DNA of 64,000 nucleotides from sequence record NC_070963.1. The stretch is one strand, 5' to 3'. The notes under the pieces are model-generated. The model was not told the origin of the DNA, did not search any database, and saw only the letters and a list, made by a program, of their open reading frames with translations. This document shows positions 18,395-27,349 of this stretch, piece after piece; the stretch's first letter is position 1; every line of letters begins with the position of its first letter. The translations under genes were made by a program, and so were the position numbers.

Positions 18395-18594
18395 GATCTG
18401 ATCAATTTGCAGAAGGACTTGAAGTCTCTTATCGACACCTGACTGGAACCATTCATTTTATCTGTCCCAGTTACATTACAGTATGTGTCAGAACTTTTGA
18501 AGATCGTGTCAAAAATGTTTGTGTTCTGGTGCATCGTAATAATTGGAAGAATGTGAATCTTTTGAATGGAAATCGAAAGGATTATGAAAAATAA
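18391..18594 (+). CDS. hypothetical protein
   Basis: ORF track; ATGA overlap. Confidence 0.55.
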   Translation: MRSDQFAEGLEVSYRHLTGTIHFICPSYITVCVRTFEDRVKNVCVLVHRNNWKNVNLLNGNRKDYEK

Positions 18595-18758
18595 ATCATC
18601 TTTATGGAGAATCATCGCAAAATCATTAGGTGAAAAATCAGGAAAGAACAATCAAGAAGCAGATCAGATTGCACTGGTTCGCTTGTTGATGTTTCTTTCC
18701 ATTTTTATTACAAACTGTTTTATTGTGTATGGCGTTTTGAGAACTCATCATTTTCCGA

Positions 18759-18819
18759 ATGACAGTTTGAGAACTGGCACACACACCCCTTGCAGATCCC
18801 ATTGATCTTCTACTATACT
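18759..18819 (+). promoter_or_regulatory. early promoter cassette
   Basis: ATGACAGT-N6-ACTGGCAC; TATACT at 18814. Confidence 0.7.
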
Positions 18820-18840
18820 GTAAGCATCAACACAAAACTA

Positions 18841-19725
18841 ATGAAAAATCTTCACCTGCAACATCCAGAAGACAGCATCCTCACTGGTGACTTATCGGTG
18901 TTGGATTGGTTCGTGACTCCTGGTCATCTTTCACTGAAGATGGATGGTTGTCCTGCAATTGTATGGGGCACAAATCCTGCGACTAAAAAGTTTTTTGTTG
19001 GAACTAAATCAGTGTTCAACAAAGTTAAAATCAAGATCGCACATTCTCATGAAGAGATTGATCTATATTACAGTGGCAATGTAGCAGATATTCTACATGA
19101 ATGTCTTGACTATTTGCCACGTACCAAAAATATTATTCAAGGAGATTTTATTGGTTTTGGTGGAGATACTGAATACACTCCCAACACTCTCACTTACAAG
19201 TTTGTAGATGTAGTCTCTCAGCGTATCATTATCGCACCTCATACAGTTTACACAGCAGAATATGATCTGCGTGATAGTCGGGCATTTCCTCTGACTGTCA
19301 ATTTGAATAGTGATGATGATGTTAAGTTTGTTCAACCTCACGCTTATATTCTTTTTGATGCTGATACATTTGATGTGGATGAGATTTGTGCATTTGCAAA
19401 ACAAATGTCAACTGCCTGTACCTTTGTTTCAGATAAAGAACTTCCTCAACTCAAGAAGCAAATCAATGATTGTATTCGGCAACAACGTCCGATTGAGGAT
19501 GATGCATTTGATTGTGATCCCAATCTAATTCGCTTGTGGAAACTTGTTAAAAGCATCAAGGAAGATTGTTTGTATCTCTGTCGCAACACTGGGCCTGCTG
19601 CCTATCTCAACAATAAGAGAATTGATGCTGAAGGATATGTGATGTCAAACAAATTTGGAATGTATAAATTGGTCAATCGTGAGGTATTCTCTTATGCCAA
19701 TTTTCTAAATAACAATAAAAAATGA
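18841..19725 (+). CDS. conserved T4-like phage protein (DUF6267-like) with ligase-type KxDG motif
   Basis: MKNLHLQHPED, KMDGCPAIVWG, FFVGTKSVFNK, EGYV, KLVNR motifs; ATG at 18841. Confidence 0.65.
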   Translation: MKNLHLQHPEDSILTGDLSVLDWFVTPGHLSLKMDGCPAIVWGTNPATKKFFVGTKSVFNKVKIKIAHSHEEIDLYYSGNVADILHECLDYLPRTKNIIQGDFIGFGGDTEYTPNTLTYKFVDVVSQRIIIAPHTVYTAEYDLRDSRAFPLTVNLNSDDDVKFVQPHAYILFDADTFDVDEICAFAKQMSTACTFVSDKELPQLKKQINDCIRQQRPIEDDAFDCDPNLIRLWKLVKSIKEDCLYLCRNTGPAAYLNNKRIDAEGYVMSNKFGMYKLVNREVFSYANFLNNNKK

Positions 19726-19883
19726 AGTCATTCTCACAGTTTCAAGAAGATTCTGGTACTGGCAATTATGCAAATTATGTGAGAGAAAGAAATCGAAGAA
19801 AGTATAATGTTCCTTCTCCTTCTCAAATTAACAAGGAAAGAAAGTTGGCATATATGTTAAATCTTGACCGTCCTGGAAGATAA
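19722..19883 (+). CDS. small basic putative capsid-internal protein
   Basis: Hand-translated 53 aa MKSFSQFQE-DSG...; CTAAATA late-type promoter upstream. Confidence 0.55.
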   Translation: MKSFSQFQEDSGTGNYANYVRERNRRKYNVPSPSQINKERKLAYMLNLDRPGR

Positions 19884-19884
19884 A

Positions 19885-20358
19885 ATGAAACTTGAAATCA
19901 TTACCTACAAAACTGAATTTGGTGACTGGGCATTTGATCATGAGCATCAGAATACAGTTGAAGAACCGTTGTGTAATGGTACGGAACTTGTGATGGATGA
20001 GTATTTTGAAATTGATATGAAAAGAAAACCAGTTCCTGGTGATCAAATGTATGTGATTGTTGATACTGAAAATTTTAAAGATTCTGATACTGTTTTATCA
20101 TTTCAGTCCACAAGTGCAGAGGGAACTGTCTATTTGGACATGGTTTTGTTTGAAGAAGTGTGGTTGTGTCCATGGTTACAATCTTATTTTGGACATGTAC
20201 CATCAGAACTTTATGTTCAATTAAATCCAGTCAATCCAGGTAAGATTGCTTTTGAAAAAACAATGAGAACTGGAGTTAATCCATTCACTAAATACTTGAA
20301 AACATCATCCTTTAATGAAAACGTTTCAGGAATTCCAAGAGAGTGCAGCAATTGCTAG
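19885..20358 (+). CDS. hypothetical protein (DUF6717-like)
   Basis: WAFD...EPL..GT...ID and WLCP.L..YF...P..LY pattern; ATG at 19885. Confidence 0.6.
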   Translation: MKLEIITYKTEFGDWAFDHEHQNTVEEPLCNGTELVMDEYFEIDMKRKPVPGDQMYVIVDTENFKDSDTVLSFQSTSAEGTVYLDMVLFEEVWLCPWLQSYFGHVPSELYVQLNPVNPGKIAFEKTMRTGVNPFTKYLKTSSFNENVSGIPRECSNC

Positions 20359-21145
20359 GGGTGCATTAGGTCTTCTTAGATCTGCAGCAAAAGCGGGAAG
20401 AGTAGTTAGAACAGCAGATGGTGGTAGAAGAGTCACATCAGCGGCAAGAGCAGCAAGAACTGCAACTTCAAGAGCAGTAGCACCTAAAGGACCTCCTAAA
20501 TCCAAATCTTTTACCAATAACGATTATCGGGATACAAACTCTGATCTTGCTGCATTTAAAAAAGCAGGATTTAGAGCAAATAAACAAGACATTAAATCAA
20601 GATTTAATTTTGATGGAACTACTGATCCAAAGGTAAATACCTTTCATGATAGAGGTTCATTATACAGCACAACTGTATCCAGACATAAGAATCAGGCAAC
20701 TTATGCACAAAGACAGTTACCAAACAAAGTTGGTTATGAGCGAACTGCAACAGGAGATCATAAAAAAACAGCAAGACCAACTGCAAAAAGAGCATTTTTC
20801 TTAAAACAATTGAAGGGACAAATGGGAGGAACAAGAACTCCCAAACAAGTTGCAGATCTTGAAGTCGGAACAAGATCTGATTACTATCGTAAAAATGATC
20901 CTGAAGATTTGATTGGAAGAGGTAAAGAATTTGTTCAAACATTAAAGGATATTCCTGATAAACTTTGGCAATCTGGGGTCAAACCAGGATCTAAGGTTAC
21001 TGGACATCCAGGAGCAGTCATGCCAGGTGAAATAGATAAAGTTAAAGGAAGAGAAAAGAGAGCGAAACTTTATAAGAAACTTGCTGGATCCAAAATGACA
21101 AAAATGAATCCTGTGACTCATACTCTTGTCGGGACAATGCAATGA
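20315..21145 (+). CDS. basic putative capsid-internal protein A
   Basis: MKTFQEFQE-S N-terminus like the T4 CTS; CTAAATA upstream; K/R-rich; paralog of the next gene. Confidence 0.6.
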   Translation: MKTFQEFQESAAIARGALGLLRSAAKAGRVVRTADGGRRVTSAARAARTATSRAVAPKGPPKSKSFTNNDYRDTNSDLAAFKKAGFRANKQDIKSRFNFDGTTDPKVNTFHDRGSLYSTTVSRHKNQATYAQRQLPNKVGYERTATGDHKKTARPTAKRAFFLKQLKGQMGGTRTPKQVADLEVGTRSDYYRKNDPEDLIGRGKEFVQTLKDIPDKLWQSGVKPGSKVTGHPGAVMPGEIDKVKGREKRAKLYKKLAGSKMTKMNPVTHTLVGTMQ

Positions 21146-21279
21146 AGACATTCCAACAATTTCAAGAGAGTGCTGCAATTGCAAGAGGTGCTTTAAGATT
21201 ACTCAAAGCAGCATCAAGAGCAGGTAGAGTCGCAAGAACTGCAGATGGTGGTAGAAGAGTCACATCAGCGGCAAGAGCA
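20414..21279 (+). repeat. 39-nt exact direct repeat between the paralogs (20414-20452 and 21241-21279)
   Basis: GCAGATGGTGGTAGAAGAGTCACATCAGCGGCAAGAGCA at both positions. Confidence 0.9.
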
Positions 21280-22158
21280 TCAAGAACTGCAATTCCCCGT
21301 GTCACAATGAGTCGTGTTGAAAGAGGAGAAACCTGGAAAAGTGTTGGTGAAAAACAAACCAAAAAAGCACAAATTGATCCTAAGTCAAAGTTCTTTGATC
21401 CAGTAAAACAAAAAGAATATAAGAGACAAGTTGCATATTGGGGAAATAAAGATAGAACCGTAATATCAGGTGCATCTCCAAGAGATCGTAATATTACCAT
21501 TGCAAGATCTGCTGCAAAGAAAGCAGGATTCAGTGGTGGTGGAAATAAGAATCGTTTTGATTTTAATGCACCAAACAAAGATTATACGACTTATCCAACA
21601 GATAAGTATCCTGACGGATTTGAACATCCAAGACATAATACTCAGGTGGATACTCAGATTGAAACAATACCATCAGGAAGAAAAGCAGCAGCATTATCTA
21701 GTGGAACAAAAAGACCAGACTATGTTGCAAAGGCAAATAAAACTGCTGTTCGAAGAGTTCCTTCAACAGATAGAATTGCAAGAAATATGAAAGAACTTCG
21801 CCGTCGTGTTGTCACAACTGGAGGTCAAGAAAGAAATCCAGTTCATAAGGTTGATTTTCTTCCACGCAGAGATGATTATGGTTATAAGGGAGAATTGGAT
21901 AAGTATTCAATGAAAGTTGGTCGAAACTTTGTTCAGGCACAAAAAGATCTTGCAAAAAATCTAAAAAAAGCAGGTGCAAATCCAGGTGATGTGATTAGTG
22001 GAAATCCATCACCAATGAGAAAAGGAGAAAATCCACAATTAGGAATTGATAAGAGAGCAAAGATGTATCAGAAAACATTTGGTAGAAGAGTTCAGGGATT
22101 AGATCCAACTGGAAGAGTCAGAGGAATGATCGGTGCAGTTGGTGGAGATGTCAAGTAG
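21142..22158 (+). CDS. basic putative capsid-internal protein B
   Basis: MKTFQQFQE-S; N-terminal 50 aa and C-terminal domain similar to 20315..21145. Confidence 0.6.
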   Translation: MKTFQQFQESAAIARGALRLLKAASRAGRVARTADGGRRVTSAARASRTAIPRVTMSRVERGETWKSVGEKQTKKAQIDPKSKFFDPVKQKEYKRQVAYWGNKDRTVISGASPRDRNITIARSAAKKAGFSGGGNKNRFDFNAPNKDYTTYPTDKYPDGFEHPRHNTQVDTQIETIPSGRKAAALSSGTKRPDYVAKANKTAVRRVPSTDRIARNMKELRRRVVTTGGQERNPVHKVDFLPRRDDYGYKGELDKYSMKVGRNFVQAQKDLAKNLKKAGANPGDVISGNPSPMRKGENPQLGIDKRAKMYQKTFGRRVQGLDPTGRVRGMIGAVGGDVK

Positions 22159-22214
22159 ACACCTGATCAACTGTCACAACACCCCTCCCCCTGCCCCTAC
22201 AAGACCCTTATAAT
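22156..22214 (+). promoter_or_regulatory. early promoter cassette
   Basis: TAGACACC-N6-ACTGTCAC; TATAAT at 22209. Confidence 0.7.
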
Positions 22215-22420
22215 ACAGAGGTAGTCACAACACCTCTTATGACTGACGTTGAGTTCTTTGAAATGACCGAACGCATGAAACAGTTCGGTGGTTCATTTGT
22301 GATTGCTCTTTCTTATGCATTCCGAAGAGCAGATGCATTTAATCGTCAACGGTTATTGAATGCTTTTCCTGATTATGTTGAACAGTACGGTCCTTCTGGT
22401 GAGTTTGTGAAGAACTGATT

Positions 22421-22738
22421 ATGCCTGTACTTTCTTCAAGTAAAAAAAATGAGGCACTTTACCTCACTCATTCAAAATACTTTTATCAATGGATTGGAGG
22501 TCTTCCATTTGCACCTCAAGTGTATTGGAATGTCGTAACTGATGATGATGTGATTCCAGTAGTGACACATGGATATAAGAATGAAAAAAGCGCTCAAAGA
22601 CAAATTAAATCTTATATTCCGAATGTCAAGGAGTTTTGCTTGATTCATGTCGAAACAGAAGAAGAATATAATATTGAAAAAATGAAACGGATTTACCAGA
22701 TTCGAAATTTAAGAGGGAATTATGAAGACAGTCTATGA
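22421..22738 (+). CDS. hypothetical protein
   Basis: ORF track. Confidence 0.5.
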   Translation: MPVLSSSKKNEALYLTHSKYFYQWIGGLPFAPQVYWNVVTDDDVIPVVTHGYKNEKSAQRQIKSYIPNVKEFCLIHVETEEEYNIEKMKRIYQIRNLRGNYEDSL

Positions 22739-23303
22739 GCATGGTATCAATGATGTTCCTGGAGCATCAAAATATCGTTGGTACAAAATTTGGCAAGAAA
22801 TGTTGAGAAGATGTTATGATTTAAAATTGATTCAAAAATATCCTACTTATAATGGTTGTACTGTTGATGATAATTGGTTATATCTTTCAAATTTTAAGAA
22901 ATGGTATGAAGATCAAGGTGATGTAGAACGTCTTTTTTTAGATAAAGACTTTTTGTGTCCTGGTAACAAGTTATATTCTGAAGATAATTGTGTTTTAATT
23001 CCAAATGGATTGAATGGAGTAATTACAAAGTCTGATGCAATTCGTGGACAATATCCTATTGGTGTTGTAAAGAAAAGTAATCGGTACGTTGCAAGATGTA
23101 GAAATCGCAAAGAACTAATCACTGTAGGATCTTATTTAACTCCAGAAGATGCTTATGCTGCTTATTGTGATTATAAAATTGTAGTATTAAAATCTTATAT
23201 TCCAGAAATTCAACAACTTAATATTAAAGAAAAAATGAAACAAAAAATCATAACTGGTATTCATAATCAAGTTCAATTACTTGTTTCTCGGAATTATAAA
23301 TGA
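22722..23303 (+). mobile_element. HNH-like endonuclease with AP2-type C-terminal domain
   Basis: W..ML.RCY...YPTY..C.V...W...SNF..W, LDKD.L.PGNKLYS..NC..IP..LN, then PIGV...RYVARC...G.Y...E.A..AY. Confidence 0.7.
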
Positions 23304-23470
23304 TATTATTTTAATTAAAAAAATATATTAAAAAATATATGTGTGCGTTTTGTAACATTCTCAATAAGTGGTTGCAAATGAGAATCAATAGTAGATTTAA
23401 TGTCTTATAATACTCTCTAAATGCCTCTAATACCTTATAAATGCCCGATCCTTATGCAAGTAGAGCGTGC

Positions 23471-23499
23471 ATTCTATCACAAGACCGCAAAAATGTCAA
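23471..23499 (-). promoter_or_regulatory. leftward sigma70-type promoter
   Basis: Minus strand TTGACA-N17-TAGAAT, facing a non-coding AT-rich tract. Confidence 0.7.
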
Positions 23500-23570
23500 T
23501 CCCCCACCCATAAGGATTCCCACACCCACACAAAAAACGCATAAGACCTGCATATATAAACAATATGAAT

Positions 23571-23730
23571 CTCGACGAGACCTGCAGGGTTGCATCTCGA
23601 CGAGCATTATGCTATAATACACAAGTCACTCACAGAATCTCGACGAGTTATGTACGACGACTACGATTTCGAATATACATACACCAACGATTATGCAGAT
23701 CTCGACGAGTATATGCAGGATCTCGACGAG
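23571..23730. repeat. CTCGACGAG cluster A (5 copies)
   Basis: Copies at 23571, 23596, 23639, 23701, 23722. Confidence 0.9.
23590..23618 (+). promoter_or_regulatory. sigma70-type promoter overlapping a CTCGACGAG copy
   Basis: TTGCAT-N17-TATAAT. Confidence 0.65.
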
Positions 23731-23787
23731 GATTATGCACGTGATGGTCAAGATTATGAATCGCTTGCATATCGACACTATGCATGA
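23650..23787 (+). CDS. small acidic D/Y-rich protein
   Basis: ATG at 23650 downstream of the promoter. Confidence 0.55.
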   Translation: MYDDYDFEYTYTNDYADLDEYMQDLDEDYARDGQDYESLAYRHYA

Positions 23788-23981
23788 TAGAATCTAGACA
23801 CATTCACAACGAGGGTCTTATGATTGCACAGAAACAACGGATGCAGATCACGCTCGATATCGAGTGTTATGATGATTTCGATGTACATGATATCAATTGG
23901 AGAGAACTTCTACAACTAGAAGGCGATGAGAACGTCAATGTACATGTGAATGATCTAGACCCTTATGAAATGCTTTATTGA
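23784..23981 (+). CDS. hypothetical protein
   Basis: ORF track. Confidence 0.55.
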   Translation: MIESRHIHNEGLMIAQKQRMQITLDIECYDDFDVHDINWRELLQLEGDENVNVHVNDLDPYEMLY

Positions 23982-24165
23982 GAATCAAACAGTCTATTAC
24001 GCAAAAGGTGGAGCATTATATCAGACTCTGATCGACTGTTACAATTTCTTCAACACCGACAAAGGGTCTCCTGTGCGCGAGAACACAGATCAGATCGAAC
24101 GGATTCGGATGCTTGTGACAGATCAACCACTGGCACAAGACTGGGTGCAACTGGAACTGTTCTGA
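23965..24165 (+). CDS. hypothetical protein
   Basis: ORF track. Confidence 0.5.
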   Translation: MKCFIENQTVYYAKGGALYQTLIDCYNFFNTDKGSPVRENTDQIERIRMLVTDQPLAQDWVQLELF

Positions 24166-24199
24166 CTTATATTTGTTCTGTTCGACACCTGAACCACTC

Positions 24200-24367
24200 A
24201 TGTCCATCTACACTGACAACGGATACGCAAACCGCAAAGAGTATCTGAACGAACTCCGCGAAGAGTATGGTGCTGATCTGGTCAACACCCTGATCACGGT
24301 TCTTCCTGCATCGGAGGACTTCGACGGTCTGATCACTTCGCTGGAAGACGCAATGGACGATTTCTGA
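24200..24367 (+). CDS. hypothetical protein
   Basis: ATG at 24200; MSIYTDNGYANRKEYL... Confidence 0.65.
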   Translation: MSIYTDNGYANRKEYLNELREEYGADLVNTLITVLPASEDFDGLITSLEDAMDDF

Positions 24368-24378
24368 ACTTATAATCT

Positions 24379-24411
24379 TCCCCCTATGAAGTGATTCTTA
24401 GGGGGATTTTT
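24379..24411 (+). terminator. intrinsic terminator
   Basis: TCCCCCTA/TAGGGGGA stem followed by T tract. Confidence 0.7.
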
Positions 24412-24638
24412 ATTGCTAATTTTTGATACAACAAAAACCACTTTTTGGATTAGACTTTTTTGAAGTCTTGTGGCAACCCATTGATTCAATTGTCTACTGA
24501 TGTATAAGTCCTAGCGAGTTCAATTCTTTTTATGAGTTTTCTAATCTGACTCTTGACCCCGTAGGAGAGTTCAGTAACGATCACTCTGAGAATTGTTTTA
24601 ACTCTATGGTATACATTAGTTAAGATTATTTATACATT

Positions 24639-24697
24639 GTGACACTTGAAAAACTGGCACAAGACCTCTTCACACCCCACTGAAACTCCTGTATCTT
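24639..24697 (+). promoter_or_regulatory. early promoter cassette
   Basis: GTGACACT-N6-ACTGGCAC; TATCTT at 24692. Confidence 0.65.
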
Positions 24698-24730
24698 AAG
24701 AGAGTCAACCACAGACACCTCAACCACATC

Positions 24731-25201
24731 ATGGCAACCAGAGGAAGAATCGGCATCGAACTCAAGGATGGTTCTGTGCTTTCTGTCTATACTCATTGGG
24801 ACTCATATCCTGAACACAATGGCAAAATCCTGGTTCAACATTATCAGAACCGTGAAGATGTACAAGAACTCATTGATGGTGGTGGTATTTCATCACTGCG
24901 GACTCGCGGCACATGGGATCATTCTTCTGCTCTTCGTGATGAGAATGGAGAGTACATTTCTGATGCTGCAGGTTATCTGAAGTATGAGAATGATCGGGAA
25001 CCTCAACCGCTCTATTATACTGAGCGGGGAGAAGAACTTGACATTCAACATACTTCCTTTGATGAGTTTGTTTCTGGCAAACTTGGTGGGGAAGAGTATG
25101 CTTACATATATGACCTGAATGGTAACTGGAAAGCATACAAGACTGGTCTGTTCTCTCATGTAGAACGTGTGGAGATTCCCAACTATGTGACAGCAGCATA
25201 A
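24731..25201 (+). CDS. conserved phage hypothetical protein
   Basis: TR..I......SVY.HWD.YP...G..L N-terminal motif and C-terminal EYAY.Y....W. Confidence 0.75.
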   Translation: MATRGRIGIELKDGSVLSVYTHWDSYPEHNGKILVQHYQNREDVQELIDGGGISSLRTRGTWDHSSALRDENGEYISDAAGYLKYENDREPQPLYYTERGEELDIQHTSFDEFVSGKLGGEEYAYIYDLNGNWKAYKTGLFSHVERVEIPNYVTAA

Positions 25202-25245
25202 GTGTCACAAGGGGCACCTAGGAGACCCTACAGTGCCCCTATACT
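25187..25245 (+). promoter_or_regulatory. early promoter cassette with stem-loop
   Basis: GTGACAGC-N6-AGTGTCAC, AGGGGCAC/GTGCCCCT inverted repeat, TATACT at 25240. Confidence 0.7.
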
Positions 25246-25825
25246 GAACAAGTCAACCAACGACACCCAAACACATGGAAGACACCCTCTGGACTGAAAT
25301 TGCAGACGCTCCCGGTGAAATCTGGGACATGGACATCCCAGAATTGAATGAGGATTATCCTAGTTCTGAAGAATCATTCAATGCTTTTCTAGCAAGCAAT
25401 TGGGATTTCTGATGGTCACTTTGATTCTGGGCGCCAGTATCTTGACAATGTTCGGCGCCATGTTCTATTATGAGGATCGGATGGGGTTGGGGGTCTATGA
25501 TCCGGATCCATCTGCTTCCTACCGTCATCGGAACCACAACAAATGAAAACCACAACACACCCCATCAAAGACTTTTTCACTGATGAAGAATGGGATCTGA
25601 TCTACAACTTCATCGGCAATGCTCTGGACGATGATGACTTTGATCCAGAAGATGTTTACTCTATTCGCAACAAGATTCACTCTATCTTTAAGGAAGAATG
25701 ACACCTGATACTCTGAACTTTCAAGGTGACGCTGTGACAGTTCTAGGACTGGTCGGGGTCATCTCCACTGGCATCATCCTGGTGCTATGCTTCACTCGTT
25801 ACTTCAATTCACCCCTGAGGAAGTG

Positions 25826-26020
25826 ATGCAATTTCAAGTTACTGAGATTGAGTTTGATTTTGATGATGAAGAACTTTCTTCATGTGATAAAGATGAAATC
25901 ACCTCACAATACATTGGTGACATTTGGGAGGCAGATGATGAAGAAGATCTTGTAGAAGAGATCACCGCTGCTTCTGGTTGGTGCATCAAGTCTATTGATT
26001 ACCGTCACGTTCTGAAATGA
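25826..26020 (+). CDS. acidic hypothetical protein
   Basis: ATG at 25826 within ORF track 25787..26020. Confidence 0.6.
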   Translation: MQFQVTEIEFDFDDEELSSCDKDEITSQYIGDIWEADDEEDLVEEITAASGWCIKSIDYRHVLK

Positions 26021-26142
26021 CCAAAGAACTTCTGATTGCTCAACTTCGTCTAGGTAAGAATGGGAACGACATCCTTTCGATTCTTGATGCACTGTGTGAT
26101 GGGATGGACAGCAGTGAATCTCGTCAAGATCTTGTGCCAACC

Positions 26143-26252
26143 CTAGACGAGATTCAATTCTAAACTCGACGAGATGTGCCACTTCATCTAGTGGCACATT
26201 CATTCTCGACGAGCACAGGCACATCAACTAGATTATGTACATTCTCGACGAG
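26143..26252. repeat. CTCGACGAG cluster B around a palindromic promoter
   Basis: CTAGACGAG at 26143; CTCGACGAG at 26165, 26205, 26244; palindrome GTGCCACT-N6-AGTGGCAC at 26176-26197. Confidence 0.85.
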
Positions 26253-26258
26253 CACATC

Positions 26259-26447
26259 ATGCAAACTGCATCTGTCATTCCTATCTCGAAGAAAGCGAAG
26301 AATCGTTTCGCCAATCTTATGGATCGCATCGAGACTTGTATCATTGAGCAACAACAAGGCAACAAAGTGTTTCTCACATCATTGAATGGTAAAAATCACT
26401 TTTGGGCAATGCTTGACAATGACCCTGATTGGATGATACAATTCTAA
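26259..26447 (+). CDS. hypothetical protein
   Basis: ATG at 26259. Confidence 0.55.
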   Translation: MQTASVIPISKKAKNRFANLMDRIETCIIEQQQGNKVFLTSLNGKNHFWAMLDNDPDWMIQF

Positions 26448-26537
26448 TATAAGAGAGGAAAGGGTTTGCCTCTCTGAAATAAAGTTACCCAATGTGAAAG
26501 AGAACAGATAATTCTAGCATGGTGTGGGTGAGATTGG

Positions 26538-26566
26538 GGGTCGGGGTGGTGCCTGACCCTTTTTAT
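26538..26566 (+). terminator. intrinsic terminator
   Basis: GGGTCGGG/CCTGACCC stem plus TTTTT. Confidence 0.7.
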
Positions 26567-26594
26567 TAACATAACGTTACTATTATATTTTTTT

Positions 26595-26657
26595 GCAGGG
26601 GCGGTGGCGATGTATTGTTCAGTAGGGATACCCTTCCCCCGTTGGTGCTGGTTGTCC
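26595..26657 (-). ncRNA. candidate small ncRNA, copy 1
   Basis: Aligns with 28147-28207; no ATG; leftward -10-like TATCCT upstream. Confidence 0.45.
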
Positions 26658-26801
26658 TATTAGGATACATCACAGCAGACCCTAGAACGCCCCTGATGGA
26701 CAGTTCGCAAGGTGGCACAAGGTCGCTGGATCTGGTCGGTTCTGGTGGGGCATGATTCCCCCAACGGCGCACCACTGACGCCGCCCACACCCCACAGATC
26801 C

Positions 26802-27269
26802 ATGACCACCATTCAAGTTGTTATCAACGGCAATCAAGTTCAGGGTCAGATTGATGAGATTGCAAAGATTCTGAGTATCTTCAATGATACTCTAGCGCCA
26901 GCAATCGCTCCTGTTGTTTCTACTGAACCAGCAGAACTTGCACCTTTCAATGCTTTTCTGACAGTAGAATTGACTCCCTATTTTGGTGCAAAAGGTGCAA
27001 CAACCATTGTCAATAAGTTAAAACTTTGCCGGGAATGTGGCGACTTTCGCTATCTGATTCCAGTGTATAGGTTGGCAGTTGGTGATCTTCAAAAGCGGCA
27101 ATTACTTAAGGTTGTCAGTGCTGTTTATCGTTATAAGTTTGGTGGACATAAGAATCCGGAACAGTATTCTTTGCGGTCTGAGATTAAGTATGCAAAGGCA
27201 TGTGATCATTGCGGTTCATTGGCACAAGTGTTAGTTAATCGTTTGACTGCAGAAGGTCTGTGGAAGTGA
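26802..27269 (+). CDS. hypothetical protein
   Basis: ATG at 26802 after the promoter cassette at 26697-26756. Confidence 0.65.
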   Translation: MTTIQVVINGNQVQGQIDEIAKILSIFNDTLAPAIAPVVSTEPAELAPFNAFLTVELTPYFGAKGATTIVNKLKLCRECGDFRYLIPVYRLAVGDLQKRQLLKVVSAVYRYKFGGHKNPEQYSLRSEIKYAKACDHCGSLAQVLVNRLTAEGLWK

Positions 27270-27325
27270 CAATTTATTAAGTGTCACAAGGGGATCGGCA
27301 ACGGTCCCCACTGTGCCCCTATACT
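27266..27325 (+). promoter_or_regulatory. early promoter cassette
   Basis: GTGACAAT-N6-AGTGTCAC; TATACT at 27320. Confidence 0.7.
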
Positions 27326-27349
27326 GATCTCAGTTCACACCACTGAACC

